A DNA stretch of 64,000 bases from a bacterium (GTDB lineage: Bacteria; Patescibacteriota; Minisyncoccia; Moranbacterales; UBA2206), in NCBI GenBank assembly GCA_029567195.1, contig JAKQLJ010000052.1, positions 1,505-65,504 of the forward strand, written 5' to 3'. This document shows positions 8,746 through 17,570 of the stretch, in pieces. Position numbers and translations under genes: made by a program. The notes beneath the pieces are model-generated. The model saw only the letters and a list, made by a program, of their open reading frames with translations, made no database searches and was not told where the DNA came from. Each line of letters opens with the position of its first letter. Within the stretch, counting starts at the first letter, position 1.

Positions 8746-9162
8746 ATGGAGAAAGCAAAACTTTTATTGATCGAAGAGTGTCCGGAGTTAAGAAAGGTTA
8801 TTTCTCTGATGATAGGGTGTGTTTTTCCAAGTCTTGAAGTTTTTTCCACCGAGGAACCTGAGAAAGCTTATACGTTTGTGAAAAAAGAGTTTGTTGGCAT
8901 AGCTATCGTGGGTTGCACGGAAGAAAAGAAGAAAAGCGTTGAAATTATCAAGCGTTTGAAGACGCAAGAGCCTGAATTGCCGCTTATAATAATGAGCGGC
9001 GATATAGAGTCTTTTCGAGAAACTCTTGGTGAAGAGCGGAGAAGAGGAGTGATAAACCCACAGGATTATCCTTGTCTTGTTTTAAGAAAACCTTTTGATA
9101 TGTCTGAACTTTCTTGGGCAATCAACGCTGTGTTTCAGGCAAAATTCGATAATACCCAGTAA
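8746..9162 (+). CDS. stand-alone receiver-like domain lacking the phospho-acceptor Asp
   Basis: CheY-like layout: LLLIEE (acidic pair), LPLIIMSGD, LRKPF (conserved K). The D57-equivalent position reads IAIVGC. GGAGGA lies 5 nt before the ATG at 8746. Confidence 0.6.
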   Translation: MEKAKLLLIEECPELRKVISLMIGCVFPSLEVFSTEEPEKAYTFVKKEFVGIAIVGCTEEKKKSVEIIKRLKTQEPELPLIIMSGDIESFRETLGEERRRGVINPQDYPCLVLRKPFDMSELSWAINAVFQAKFDNTQ

Positions 9163-9179
9163 GGGAAAGGAGGGATCCA

Positions 9180-9359
9180 ATGATTAAATGCAATCCTACG
9201 CTGGAAATGGGAAATAGGTCCGGCAAAGAAAAGGAGTATGATGGTTGTTTCGGCGATTGTTTTCTGTCCATCATCTTTTTTTTCTTTATTCTCCCTCTTT
9301 TTTATCTTCTTGATTTGTTTTTCCCGCAAGAAAAGAGAAGGAGAAGGATGGGAAGATGA
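9180..9359 (+). CDS. 59-aa small membrane protein (below the ORF-track cutoff)
   Basis: AAGGAGGG lies 5 nt before the ATG. Sequence MIKCNPTLEMGNRSGKEKEYDGCFGDCFLSIIFFFFILPLFYLLDLFFPQEKRRRRMGR has one TM helix. The stop precedes a strong terminator. The overlapping frame 9238..9462 is the alternative. Confidence 0.4.
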   Translation: MIKCNPTLEMGNRSGKEKEYDGCFGDCFLSIIFFFFILPLFYLLDLFFPQEKRRRRMGR

Positions 9360-9383
9360 ACGGCTGAAAAAGAAAAAATATGA

Positions 9384-9420
9384 GGAGAGAGCTTTGACAC
9401 AAAGCCTCTCCTTTTTTTGT
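9384..9420 (+). terminator. rho-independent terminator
   Basis: GGAGAGAGCTTTG / CAAAGCCTCTCC stem with one bulge and a 3-nt loop, then TTTTTTT. Confidence 0.7.
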
Positions 9421-9451
9421 TTTTTTCTTAAATGTAATAGAATGGAATTAT

Positions 9452-10171
9452 ATGGATTTTAAATATCAAGGAATAATCATCAGCAAAAAAGACATTGCCG
9501 AAGTAGATAGGATTTATGTTATCTATACTTTGGAGGCGGGAAAAATTTCCATTATCGGAAAGGGAGTGAGGAATCCCAATGCCAAATTGGCCGGAAATCT
9601 GGAGCCGGTGACATACAGCGAAATTTTTGTGGCCAGAACCAGGGGAAAAGGAAAAATAACGGGAGCCATAGCCATAAATAATTTTTTGCCGGTCAAGGAA
9701 AACTACTCGGCCATCAGAAAGGTCTTTTATGTTTTTGGAATTTTAGAAAAAATGATAACCCAGGAAGAAAAAGACGAGGAATTGTTTGGATTGTTGCTTT
9801 CATATCTGGAAAAAATGGAAAAAGCCGGCCGGGAAAATAGCGAAGAAGTGATGGATATCTTGACTGTCGGATTTATTTTGAAAATGGCGGATAATTTAGG
9901 TTACAAGATAAACGTGGAAAGTTGCGTGGGATGCGGCAAAAACCTTTCTCCGGAAGGAAACTATTTTAGCGCCCGATCCGGCGGAATTTTGTGCGACCAT
10001 TGCCAGGAAGAAAGTGAAGGAAAAATCAAAGTGACAGCGGGAGCTATAAAGCTGATCCGGTTGTTTTTGAAAAATAAAATGGAGAATTTGGGAAAAATCA
10101 GGGCCTCCGGGGAGGATATCAACAGCGCCAAAAGAGTGGCTAATGAATTATTGAAGTGGATCATCGCCTAA
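9452..10171 (+). CDS. recO: DNA repair protein RecO
   Basis: N-terminal OB-fold pattern (GIIISKKDIAEVDRIYVIYT..G) and zinc motif CVGCGK...CDHC. 239 aa. Confidence 0.85.
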   Translation: MDFKYQGIIISKKDIAEVDRIYVIYTLEAGKISIIGKGVRNPNAKLAGNLEPVTYSEIFVARTRGKGKITGAIAINNFLPVKENYSAIRKVFYVFGILEKMITQEEKDEELFGLLLSYLEKMEKAGRENSEEVMDILTVGFILKMADNLGYKINVESCVGCGKNLSPEGNYFSARSGGILCDHCQEESEGKIKVTAGAIKLIRLFLKNKMENLGKIRASGEDINSAKRVANELLKWIIA

Positions 10172-10250
10172 GGCGGATTTTCATGTTTGATAAATAGCCA
10201 TAAAATTGGTATCATTAAGGTGTAAAATAAAAATTTAAATATAAAAATTT

Positions 10251-12152
10251 ATGCCACTTTCGGATATAAAAAACAAACTATATAAAAAAGAAGAGGAAAA
10301 AGATTTATCCGCTCACGGCCAGAGCGAATTTAATCCCAGGATTGGAAATCTGCCTGAAAAAAGTCCTGTCGATCCCGGTGATGCCTGGCAAAAAGAAAAA
10401 AAAGGTTTGGATGAAGGCCAGAAAAAAACCATAAAAAAGGGATTGATCGTCCTGGGGTGCGTTATCGGCGCAATTTTGATTTTGGTAGCCGCTTATTTTA
10501 TCAGAAAATCTTCTTTTGATTCGGAAAGGGTAACAGTGGAAATCAGCGGACCAACGCAGGCGGAAAGCGGAAAACTGCTTACTTATGAGATAAAATATAA
10601 AAATAACAACCGGAAAGATCTCAGCAACGTCAATTTAAAAATAATTTATCCGGAAGATTTTAAACCGGAAGACAATGCCAATTTTGTGGGGGACGGACCG
10701 GTTTCCGGAAATATCGCTATCGGTGAAATAAAAGGGCACAGCGAAGGAAAAATTATCTTTAACGGTCGAATGTATAGCCCGAAAGGCGCCCTCATTTATC
10801 TTAAAGGCGAACTTTCCTATAACCCCGGAAGTTTCAGCACCAAATATGTTTCCCAGGGACAACTGGGAATAAATGTTTCTACCTCTCCATTGACCTTGGA
10901 AATTCTGGCTCCTCAATTCGTAGCCAATGGGGATGAAGTGAATTACCTTGTCACTTACAAAAATAACGGGGAAAATAATATGGACAGTTTGCGAATCAGA
11001 ATGGATTATCCCGAAGGCTTTACTTTTTCCAATTCTGATCCGAAAGTTTTTGAAGGAAACAATGTCTGGTATATCGGCCAGCTTACTCCCGGCCAGCGCG
11101 GACAGGTGGTAGTCAGCGGAAAATTGGAAGGGGAAAAAGATCAAATAAAAAAAGTAAAAGTTTATATCGGTTCTACGGAAAAAGGAAATTTTGTGAGCTA
11201 TAGCGAATCAGATGCGGAAACCAAAATGGCTGCTTCGCCTTTGACTATCAGCCAAACGGTCAATAATGTGGCCAGCCTCAATGTTAATGCCGGAGAAATG
11301 CTCAGGTTTAAAATAAATTACAGAAATGACGGAAATATCGGCCTGACAAACGCCATTGTTACGGAAAAAATTGACAGTCCGGTTCTTGATTACACCACGC
11401 TGGAAACCAACGGGGGATATTATGACGCCAGCAACAAAACAATCACTTGGAAGGCATCCGACCATTCCGATCTTAAAAATTTGGTGCCGGGACAGAGCGG
11501 ATCGATAGAATTTTTGATAAAAGTCAAAGAAGTTATTCCGGTTTCTTCCGCTAACGACAAAAATTTTGTAATTTCCAGCATTGCTAAAATTGACAGTCCG
11601 GATGTGCCGACAATTGTCCAATCGAACAAAATCATTGCTGGAAATAAGATGGATATGAAACTTAATTCCAAATTGGTGGTTGATGTGAAGGGATTTTTCA
11701 CTGATCCCAATATCACCAACTCCGGACCTATTCCTCCAAAAGTGAATAATGAAACCACCTATACATTGCATTGGCTCTTGACTAATGTTTCCAATGACGT
11801 AACAGGCGCCAAAGTGGAAGCAGTTCTGCCGACCGGAGTGGTAATGACCGGAAAAATCTGGCCGGAAGATTCCAAAATCACTTATAACGAAAGAACCAAT
11901 TCCATCACTTGGGAAGTAGGCAACATATCTTCCGGAATCGGAATTCTTTCCAGCGCCAAAGAAGCCAGTTTCCAGGTCAAAATAAAACCTTCCGCCAATC
12001 AAGCGGGAAATATAGTCGGGTTGCTCAATGAATCAAAAATCACCGCTAAAGATTCTTTTACCGGCGAAGATTTGTCCGGCAAAGGGGATGAGAAGAGTAC
12101 CCAGCTTCGAGAAGACAGCGGCATAGGATCGAATTACAAAGTTGTCAATTAG
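10251..12152 (+). CDS. membrane-anchored surface protein with DUF11/CARDB-like repeats
   Basis: N-terminal TM LIVLGCVIGAILILVAAYF. Repeated modules follow, such as LTYEIKYKNNN, VNYLVTYKNNGENN, LRFKINYRNDGN and TTYTLHWLLTN. Confidence 0.6.
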   Translation: MPLSDIKNKLYKKEEEKDLSAHGQSEFNPRIGNLPEKSPVDPGDAWQKEKKGLDEGQKKTIKKGLIVLGCVIGAILILVAAYFIRKSSFDSERVTVEISGPTQAESGKLLTYEIKYKNNNRKDLSNVNLKIIYPEDFKPEDNANFVGDGPVSGNIAIGEIKGHSEGKIIFNGRMYSPKGALIYLKGELSYNPGSFSTKYVSQGQLGINVSTSPLTLEILAPQFVANGDEVNYLVTYKNNGENNMDSLRIRMDYPEGFTFSNSDPKVFEGNNVWYIGQLTPGQRGQVVVSGKLEGEKDQIKKVKVYIGSTEKGNFVSYSESDAETKMAASPLTISQTVNNVASLNVNAGEMLRFKINYRNDGNIGLTNAIVTEKIDSPVLDYTTLETNGGYYDASNKTITWKASDHSDLKNLVPGQSGSIEFLIKVKEVIPVSSANDKNFVISSIAKIDSPDVPTIVQSNKIIAGNKMDMKLNSKLVVDVKGFFTDPNITNSGPIPPKVNNETTYTLHWLLTNVSNDVTGAKVEAVLPTGVVMTGKIWPEDSKITYNERTNSITWEVGNISSGIGILSSAKEASFQVKIKPSANQAGNIVGLLNESKITAKDSFTGEDLSGKGDEKSTQLREDSGIGSNYKVVN

Positions 12153-12177
12153 AAATATTATTGCTATTATCCAGGGA

Positions 12178-13326
12178 ATGTTTGAGATAAAATCAAAATT
12201 AGAAAAGAGGAGAATTGGCATTCTCAAAACGAAAAACGGAGATATTAACACTCCGTTTTTTATGCCGATTGCCACCAAGGGGGCGGTTAAAAACATATTG
12301 CCGGAAGAAATCAAAAAAATCGGAGCGGAAATAGTTTTGGGCAATACTTATCATCTGTGGCTCCGGCCGGGAGACGAGACAATCAAAAAAGCCGGCGGTC
12401 TGCATAAGTTTATGGATTGGGACGGGCCGATTCTGACTGATTCGGGCGGCTTTCAAGTTTTTTCGCTGGGAGCGAGAGCCAAAGAAAAATTCGGGAAAAG
12501 CGGAGTCCGCCTTAGCGAAAAAGGTGTTTATTTTTCCGATCCGGAAAATGGAAAGAAGTATTTTATGAGTCCGGAAAAATCAATTGAAATCCAGCTTAAT
12601 CTCGGTTCGGATATCATAATGGTTCTTGACGAATGTCCGCCTTTTCCCTGCGATTACCAATACGCTAAAAAATCACTGGAGCTGACGGCTCGCTGGGCCA
12701 AGCGATGTCTGGAATATTTTCAAGAAAAAACCGGAAATATGAAAAAAAAGCCGCTTCTTTTTGCCATAGTCCAAGGCAGTGTTTATGAGGATTTGAGAAA
12801 AGAATCGGCCAGACAATTGGTAGCGATGAATTTTGATGGCTATGCCATTGGCGGAGTAGCTGTCGGAGAGCCGAGGGAAAAAATGTATGAAATTTTAAAC
12901 TGGGTTTTGCCGATATTGCCGGAAGACAAGCCCCGTTATCTTATGGGATTGGGAAGGCCGGAAGAAATTGTGGCGGCGGTGGGGGCGGGAGTGGATATGT
13001 TTGATTGCGTTATTCCAACGAGAGAAGGGAGGCACGGACGACTTTTTATCAGAAAAAATGAAAGCAAAAATCAATCTGCCGATTGGCGGACAAAAATCAA
13101 AATTAAGAAAGAATTGTTCTATGAAACGATAAATATCAATAACGAAAAATACAAGGAAGATTTTTCGCCGGTGGATGAATATTGCGATTGTGCGTTGTGC
13201 AAAAACTATACTAAAAGTTATTTGCGCCATCTTTTTGCGGTGAGTGAGCCTTTGGCGCTTCGCCTAGCTTCCATTCATAATCTGAAGTTTTATACGGAAA
13301 TGATGAAAAAATTACAAGAAGAGTAG
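12178..13326 (+). CDS. tgt: tRNA-guanine transglycosylase
   Basis: TPFFMPIATKGAVK, LGNTYHL, TDSGGFQVFS, and zinc site CDCALC..YLRHL. Start moved to the ATG at 12178, in frame with ORF 12142. Confidence 0.9.
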   Translation: MFEIKSKLEKRRIGILKTKNGDINTPFFMPIATKGAVKNILPEEIKKIGAEIVLGNTYHLWLRPGDETIKKAGGLHKFMDWDGPILTDSGGFQVFSLGARAKEKFGKSGVRLSEKGVYFSDPENGKKYFMSPEKSIEIQLNLGSDIIMVLDECPPFPCDYQYAKKSLELTARWAKRCLEYFQEKTGNMKKKPLLFAIVQGSVYEDLRKESARQLVAMNFDGYAIGGVAVGEPREKMYEILNWVLPILPEDKPRYLMGLGRPEEIVAAVGAGVDMFDCVIPTREGRHGRLFIRKNESKNQSADWRTKIKIKKELFYETININNEKYKEDFSPVDEYCDCALCKNYTKSYLRHLFAVSEPLALRLASIHNLKFYTEMMKKLQEE

Positions 13327-13331
13327 TATTA

Positions 13332-13340
13332 TGGTATAAT
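13332..13340 (+). promoter_or_regulatory. extended -10 promoter element (TGgTATAAT)
   Basis: Perfect TGnTATAAT just after the tgt stop, upstream of the large repeat-protein gene. Confidence 0.4.
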
Positions 13341-13377
13341 ACAAGCAAGAAGGCTCGTTTAACATTAACCTTGTTTT

Positions 13378-13474
13378 GTCATTCACGACTTGATCGGGAA
13401 TCCAGTAAATAAGCCAAGATTTCAGACTAGATTCCCGCCTGCCTGCCGGCAGGCACGGCTTTCGCGGGAATGAC
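13378..13474. repeat. GTCAT...ATGAC nested-palindrome repeat (copy B)
   Basis: GTCATTCACGACTTGATCGGGAATCC ... GATTCCCGCCTGCCTGCCGGCAGGCACGGCTTTCGCGGGAATGAC. Confidence 0.65.
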
Positions 13475-13544
13475 AGAGGATGGTAATTTTTGTCGTAAAA
13501 AGTAAGGAGGATATTAGTGTTAATTAAAGTCACTTGTATTTTTT

Positions 13545-16500
13545 ATGGCAATGAATTGTTTTATGAAAAACAAAAAACAATCATTATTCCTTTTCGCCGC
13601 CATATTTTTTGGCGTTCTTTTTGTTTCTGCCAAAGCTCAGGCGGTGGATAATCCGGATAATATATCCTTTGGTGTGAATGGCGCTGTTAGAGCTGTTGTT
13701 ATGGATAATGATTACACTTACGTAGGAGGAGATTTTCATTATGCTGGAAACGCCAAGCTAGGCATCGCTAAAACTAACAAAACGAACGGAGAGGCGGACC
13801 TTTCTTTTCTGGATACTGATGGGGAAGTGAGAACAACGGCCAGCGATGGCAATGGCGGCTGGTATATTGGAGGGACATTTACCGCAGTAAATGGAACAAC
13901 TAGAAACAAAATTGCGCACATTAATTCTGACGGATCACTGGATTTAAATTGGAATCCCAACGCTTCCAGCATAGTTTCTGTCATAGAAATTGACGGTTCA
14001 GACATTTATGCTGGTGGGTATTTCACCACTATCGGCGGTGAGACCAGAAACTATATCGCCAAACTGAACAACACCACTGGCGCGGTTGATACGACTTGGA
14101 ATCCCAATTCTTCTGGCGCAATTCAAGCTATAGAAATTTCCGGTTCGGACATTTATGCCGGCGGAGAATTTACCACCATTGGCGGTGAGACCAGAAACCG
14201 CATTGCCAAACTCAATAACACCACCGGCGCGGCCGACGCGACTTGGAATCCGAATGCTTCTGCCATTGTTTATGATATAGAAATTGATGGCAGTGATATT
14301 TATGCCGGCGGAACTTTTATCACCATCGGTGGCCAGACCAGAAACCGCATCGCCAAAATCAATAACACCACTGGCGCGGCTGACGCAACTTGGAATCCCA
14401 ACGCCTCTTCTACCGTGTATGACATAGAAATTGACGGTTCAGACATTTATGCTGGCGGAAATTTTACCACTATCGGCGGCCAGACCAGAAACTATATTGC
14501 CAAACTCAATAACACTACTGGCGCGGCTGACGCGACTTGGAATCCTAATGCTTCTTCCACTGTCCAAGATATAGCCATTTCCGGTTCAGACATTTATGCT
14601 GGCGGAAATTTTACCACTATCGGCGGTGAGACCAGAAACTATATCGCCAAGCTGAATAACACCACTGGCGTGGCTGACAGTGCATATCTGGCCGAAGCTA
14701 GCTATAATAGCTGTGTGTATTCAATAGAGATATACAATGAGGATGTTGTTATAGGAGGAAGTTTTATATTGATTAATACGATCTCCGCAGGTCATATCGC
14801 CAGAATGGACAATAAAACAGGGGAAGTTGATGCCAATTGGAATCCCAACGCTTCTGCTTCCGTATATGATATAGCTATTTCCGGTTCGGACATTTATGCT
14901 GGTGGAGGTTTTACTACTATCGGCGGCCAGACCAGAAACTATATTGCCAAACTCAATAACACTACTGGCGCGGCTGACGCGACTTGGAATCCCAATGCTT
15001 CTACTACTGTTCGAGCCATTGCCATTTCCGGTTCGGATATTTATGTCGGCGGATCATTCGGTACTATTGGAGGTGAGACCAGAAGCCGAATTGCCAAACT
15101 CAATAACACTACTGGTGCCGCTGACGCGACATGGAATCCCAACGCCTCTGGTTCTATTCGGACAATTACCCTTTCTGGCAATAATATTTATGCCGGCGGA
15201 GATTTTACCACTATCGGCGGCCAGACCAGAAACTATATTGCCAAACTCAATAATACTACCGGCGCGGCTGATGCGACTTGGAATCCCAACGCTTCTGCTC
15301 GTGTTTGGGCCATCACTATTTATGGCGATGAAATATATGCCGGCGGAGAGTTCACCACCATCGGCGGTGAGACTAGAAACCGCATTGCCAAACTGAACAA
15401 TACTACTGGTGCCGCTGACGCGACTTGGAATTCTAATGCTTCCAGCATAGTTTATGACATAGCTATTTCCGGTTCGGACATTTATGCTGGTGGAAATTTT
15501 ACCACTATCGGCGGTGAGACCAGAAACTATATCGCCAAGCTGAATAACACCACTGGCGCGGCTGATGCTGAATGGAATCCTTCATTTCAAGAACTAATTT
15601 ATAGTACGTGCCTGTATCAAAAATATTTAGCAATAGGAGGAGCTTTTTCATCCATTAATTCCAAAACTTTTTTGCGTTTCGCCCGCTTTACTCTCGATTC
15701 TTCTTCTCCTTCCGGCTCCATAGGAGCCGATGATATGTCCGGCAGTGACAACCATACCAACAAATCTTCCTTTGATCTGGATATGGGCGATATGACTGAC
15801 AATCTTTCCGGCATAGTCCAAATGATGGTTTCTTTCAAATCTGACTTCAGCGATACCGATTGGGAGACTTATGCCGAAGAAAAAAAACTCAACTTCACCG
15901 AAGAAGGCCGATATACCATCTACGCCAAATTCAAAGATGAGTCCGGCAACATATCTTCCGTCTACAAGAAAAAAGTGGTCTTCGACAAAACCAAACCTGG
16001 AAAAGGAAAAGTTTCCCTGGCAAAATCATCTTCGAGCCAACTTGTTTTTTCCGCTGAAGACAATATTGATAAGGAAAAAGACCTGAAAATAGCCGTTTCC
16101 CAAACCAAAAATTTCAAAGGGGTCCAATGGAAACTTTTTGAAAAAAGAATAAACTGGACATTGGCCAACGCCAAGGGAGAAAATGTCATTTATTTCCGGT
16201 TTAAAGACAGGGCCGGCAACAAGTCTAAAATATACAAAAAAATTCTTTATCTGGACAACCAATTTCCCCTGATATCAAATATCAAAGCGGACAATCAGCC
16301 TTACTACATAAATATTTCAGTCAAGAAAAAACCTGTTTTTTCCGGTTCTTTTATTGAAAGCCACCCGCAAAGCCTAAAACTGATGTTTGACGGAAAATTA
16401 AGAAGATCCAAAACTACCATCAGCCAAAAAAACAAAACATGGACGCTTGTTCCTCAAACCAACCTGCCTGAAGGCATTCATCTTATCGCTTTAGTTATGA

Positions 16501-16568
16501 GGGATAGGGCGGGCAATGAAACCGTAAAAAACATCAGGATAAAAGTGAATCAGGAAAACAAGAAATAA
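13545..16568 (+). CDS. large secreted protein with 14 beta-propeller-type repeats and C-terminal Ig-like modules
   Basis: Signal peptide ..FGVLFVSAKAQA. Contains 49-aa units IAKLNNTTGAADATWNPNAS..VYDIAISGSDIYAGGNFTTIGGQTRNY. C-terminal segments carry Y.KF.D.(S/A)GN.S motifs. Confidence 0.8.
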   Translation: MAMNCFMKNKKQSLFLFAAIFFGVLFVSAKAQAVDNPDNISFGVNGAVRAVVMDNDYTYVGGDFHYAGNAKLGIAKTNKTNGEADLSFLDTDGEVRTTASDGNGGWYIGGTFTAVNGTTRNKIAHINSDGSLDLNWNPNASSIVSVIEIDGSDIYAGGYFTTIGGETRNYIAKLNNTTGAVDTTWNPNSSGAIQAIEISGSDIYAGGEFTTIGGETRNRIAKLNNTTGAADATWNPNASAIVYDIEIDGSDIYAGGTFITIGGQTRNRIAKINNTTGAADATWNPNASSTVYDIEIDGSDIYAGGNFTTIGGQTRNYIAKLNNTTGAADATWNPNASSTVQDIAISGSDIYAGGNFTTIGGETRNYIAKLNNTTGVADSAYLAEASYNSCVYSIEIYNEDVVIGGSFILINTISAGHIARMDNKTGEVDANWNPNASASVYDIAISGSDIYAGGGFTTIGGQTRNYIAKLNNTTGAADATWNPNASTTVRAIAISGSDIYVGGSFGTIGGETRSRIAKLNNTTGAADATWNPNASGSIRTITLSGNNIYAGGDFTTIGGQTRNYIAKLNNTTGAADATWNPNASARVWAITIYGDEIYAGGEFTTIGGETRNRIAKLNNTTGAADATWNSNASSIVYDIAISGSDIYAGGNFTTIGGETRNYIAKLNNTTGAADAEWNPSFQELIYSTCLYQKYLAIGGAFSSINSKTFLRFARFTLDSSSPSGSIGADDMSGSDNHTNKSSFDLDMGDMTDNLSGIVQMMVSFKSDFSDTDWETYAEEKKLNFTEEGRYTIYAKFKDESGNISSVYKKKVVFDKTKPGKGKVSLAKSSSSQLVFSAEDNIDKEKDLKIAVSQTKNFKGVQWKLFEKRINWTLANAKGENVIYFRFKDRAGNKSKIYKKILYLDNQFPLISNIKADNQPYYINISVKKKPVFSGSFIESHPQSLKLMFDGKLRRSKTTISQKNKTWTLVPQTNLPEGIHLIALVMRDRAGNETVKNIRIKVNQENKK
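13900..15600 (+). repeat. 147-bp tandem coding repeats
   Basis: The GSD codons recur at 13995, 14142 and 14289 (147-nt spacing). Many units are near-identical at the DNA level. Confidence 0.85.
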
Positions 16569-16576
16569 TTTTTTTG

Positions 16577-16585
16577 TGGTATAAT
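16577..16585 (+). promoter_or_regulatory. extended -10 promoter element (TGgTATAAT)
   Basis: Perfect TGnTATAAT about 95 nt upstream of the ATG at 16681. Confidence 0.4.
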
Positions 16586-16680
16586 AGAAAAAAGAAACTA
16601 TTTTAAATTATTCTGTTAGATGTCACGCTTTGTGGAATATCCGCTAAAAGCGGAAAATTAAAAAGGATAAAAACAAAAAA

Positions 16681-17370
16681 ATGGACAAACAAATAAGTGT
16701 TAAGGCGGCTGTTGTGCTGATAATGGCCGTTATGGTTTCAACGATTGCTATTGTCTGGTTTGCTATGGACGCGAGGAGAAATGTGGCGATGGCTCCCGGA
16801 GAAGCAGAGAAGGATAATTTTATTCCAAAAGCGCCTGCAGAAAAAAGTCCGGAAACAGGAAAGACAGAAGATAAGGCGTCTTCGGAAATTAAAGAGGATG
16901 TCTATAACGGCTGGAACACTTATGTGAATGATCTTTATAAATATAAGATAAAATATCCGGTAACCGGAACTGTAAAAGAAGCGGAAAAGGTGGCTTTCAG
17001 CGTTTCAGCCGATTCTGCGATAACTATTGACGAGGCTTACAAAAAATATACCGGAAAAGTCTGCGTAACAGTGGAAACAAAAGACGGAACAGTAACAATT
17101 TCCGCTCCGCCTAATACTCAAAATTATTTTGTGATTTATGGCAGGACCGGCATGGGAGTGGATACTAAGGTGACCAAATCCGAGGAAAAAATAAATATTT
17201 CCGGCAAGGAATACACAGTTAAGATAAGCGACGTAAAAGATCCCGACAGCCGAAGCGTTGAAGCGACTGTGAGTCTGGAAGACAAAACGACGATACTATA
17301 TACTGCCAGCACTCCGGAGAAAAGTCAGATTATGAAAAAAGTAGTGGAATCTTTTGAAAGAATAAAATAA
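16681..17370 (+). CDS. membrane-anchored hypothetical protein
   Basis: 229-aa ORF with N-terminal TM AAVVLIMAVMVSTIAIVWFAM. Followed by a terminator. Confidence 0.6.
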   Translation: MDKQISVKAAVVLIMAVMVSTIAIVWFAMDARRNVAMAPGEAEKDNFIPKAPAEKSPETGKTEDKASSEIKEDVYNGWNTYVNDLYKYKIKYPVTGTVKEAEKVAFSVSADSAITIDEAYKKYTGKVCVTVETKDGTVTISAPPNTQNYFVIYGRTGMGVDTKVTKSEEKINISGKEYTVKISDVKDPDSRSVEATVSLEDKTTILYTASTPEKSQIMKKVVESFERIK

Positions 17371-17380
17371 TCTTTCCAAC

Positions 17381-17410
17381 AAAAATCAGCCTTTCGGGCT
17401 GATTTTTGTT
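17381..17410 (+). terminator. rho-independent terminator
   Basis: AAAAATCAGCC / GGCTGATTTTT stem followed by a T-run. Confidence 0.7.
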
Positions 17411-17451
17411 TGACTCTTTTCCGGCTTAAGGATATATTAGTAGATAATTTT

Positions 17452-17570
17452 ATGGATAATTCAAAAAAACAAAAGGGAAGGATAGAACTTCTGGCGCCCT
17501 GCCTACCGGCAGGCAGGCGGCGGGCTTGCCCGCCAAAGCCCCTAATTAGAATGAAAATATCGCGTTATTT
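17452..17570 (+). other. relic duplicate of the U32 gene 5' end, interrupted by a palindromic insert
   Basis: ATG at 17452 encodes MDNSKKQKGRIELLAP, versus MKNYKNKKNRIELLAP at the real start (17571), with identical length. It is followed by CTGCCTACCGGCAGGCAG, after which GGCGGGC resembles the real continuation. Confidence 0.5.

Noticed and set aside
9238-9462. A 74-aa ORF overlapping the recO start
   Set aside because: It reads through a strong terminator stem and its C-terminal half looks like noise. The SD-led 59-codon frame at 9180 is preferred, though the choice is not certain.
10635-12002. Long minus-strand ORFs (169 aa, 264 aa, 112 aa) inside the DUF11-repeat gene
   Set aside because: They are antisense to a well-supported 633-aa repeat-protein ORF. 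Their translations are low-complexity (F/I/R/G-rich) with no start context. These are typical shadow ORFs.
13900-15600. A regular tandem repeat array, considered as a possible CRISPR
   Set aside because: The 147-bp units have no unique spacers, lie in one continuous 1007-aa reading frame, and encode a coherent 49-aa protein repeat.
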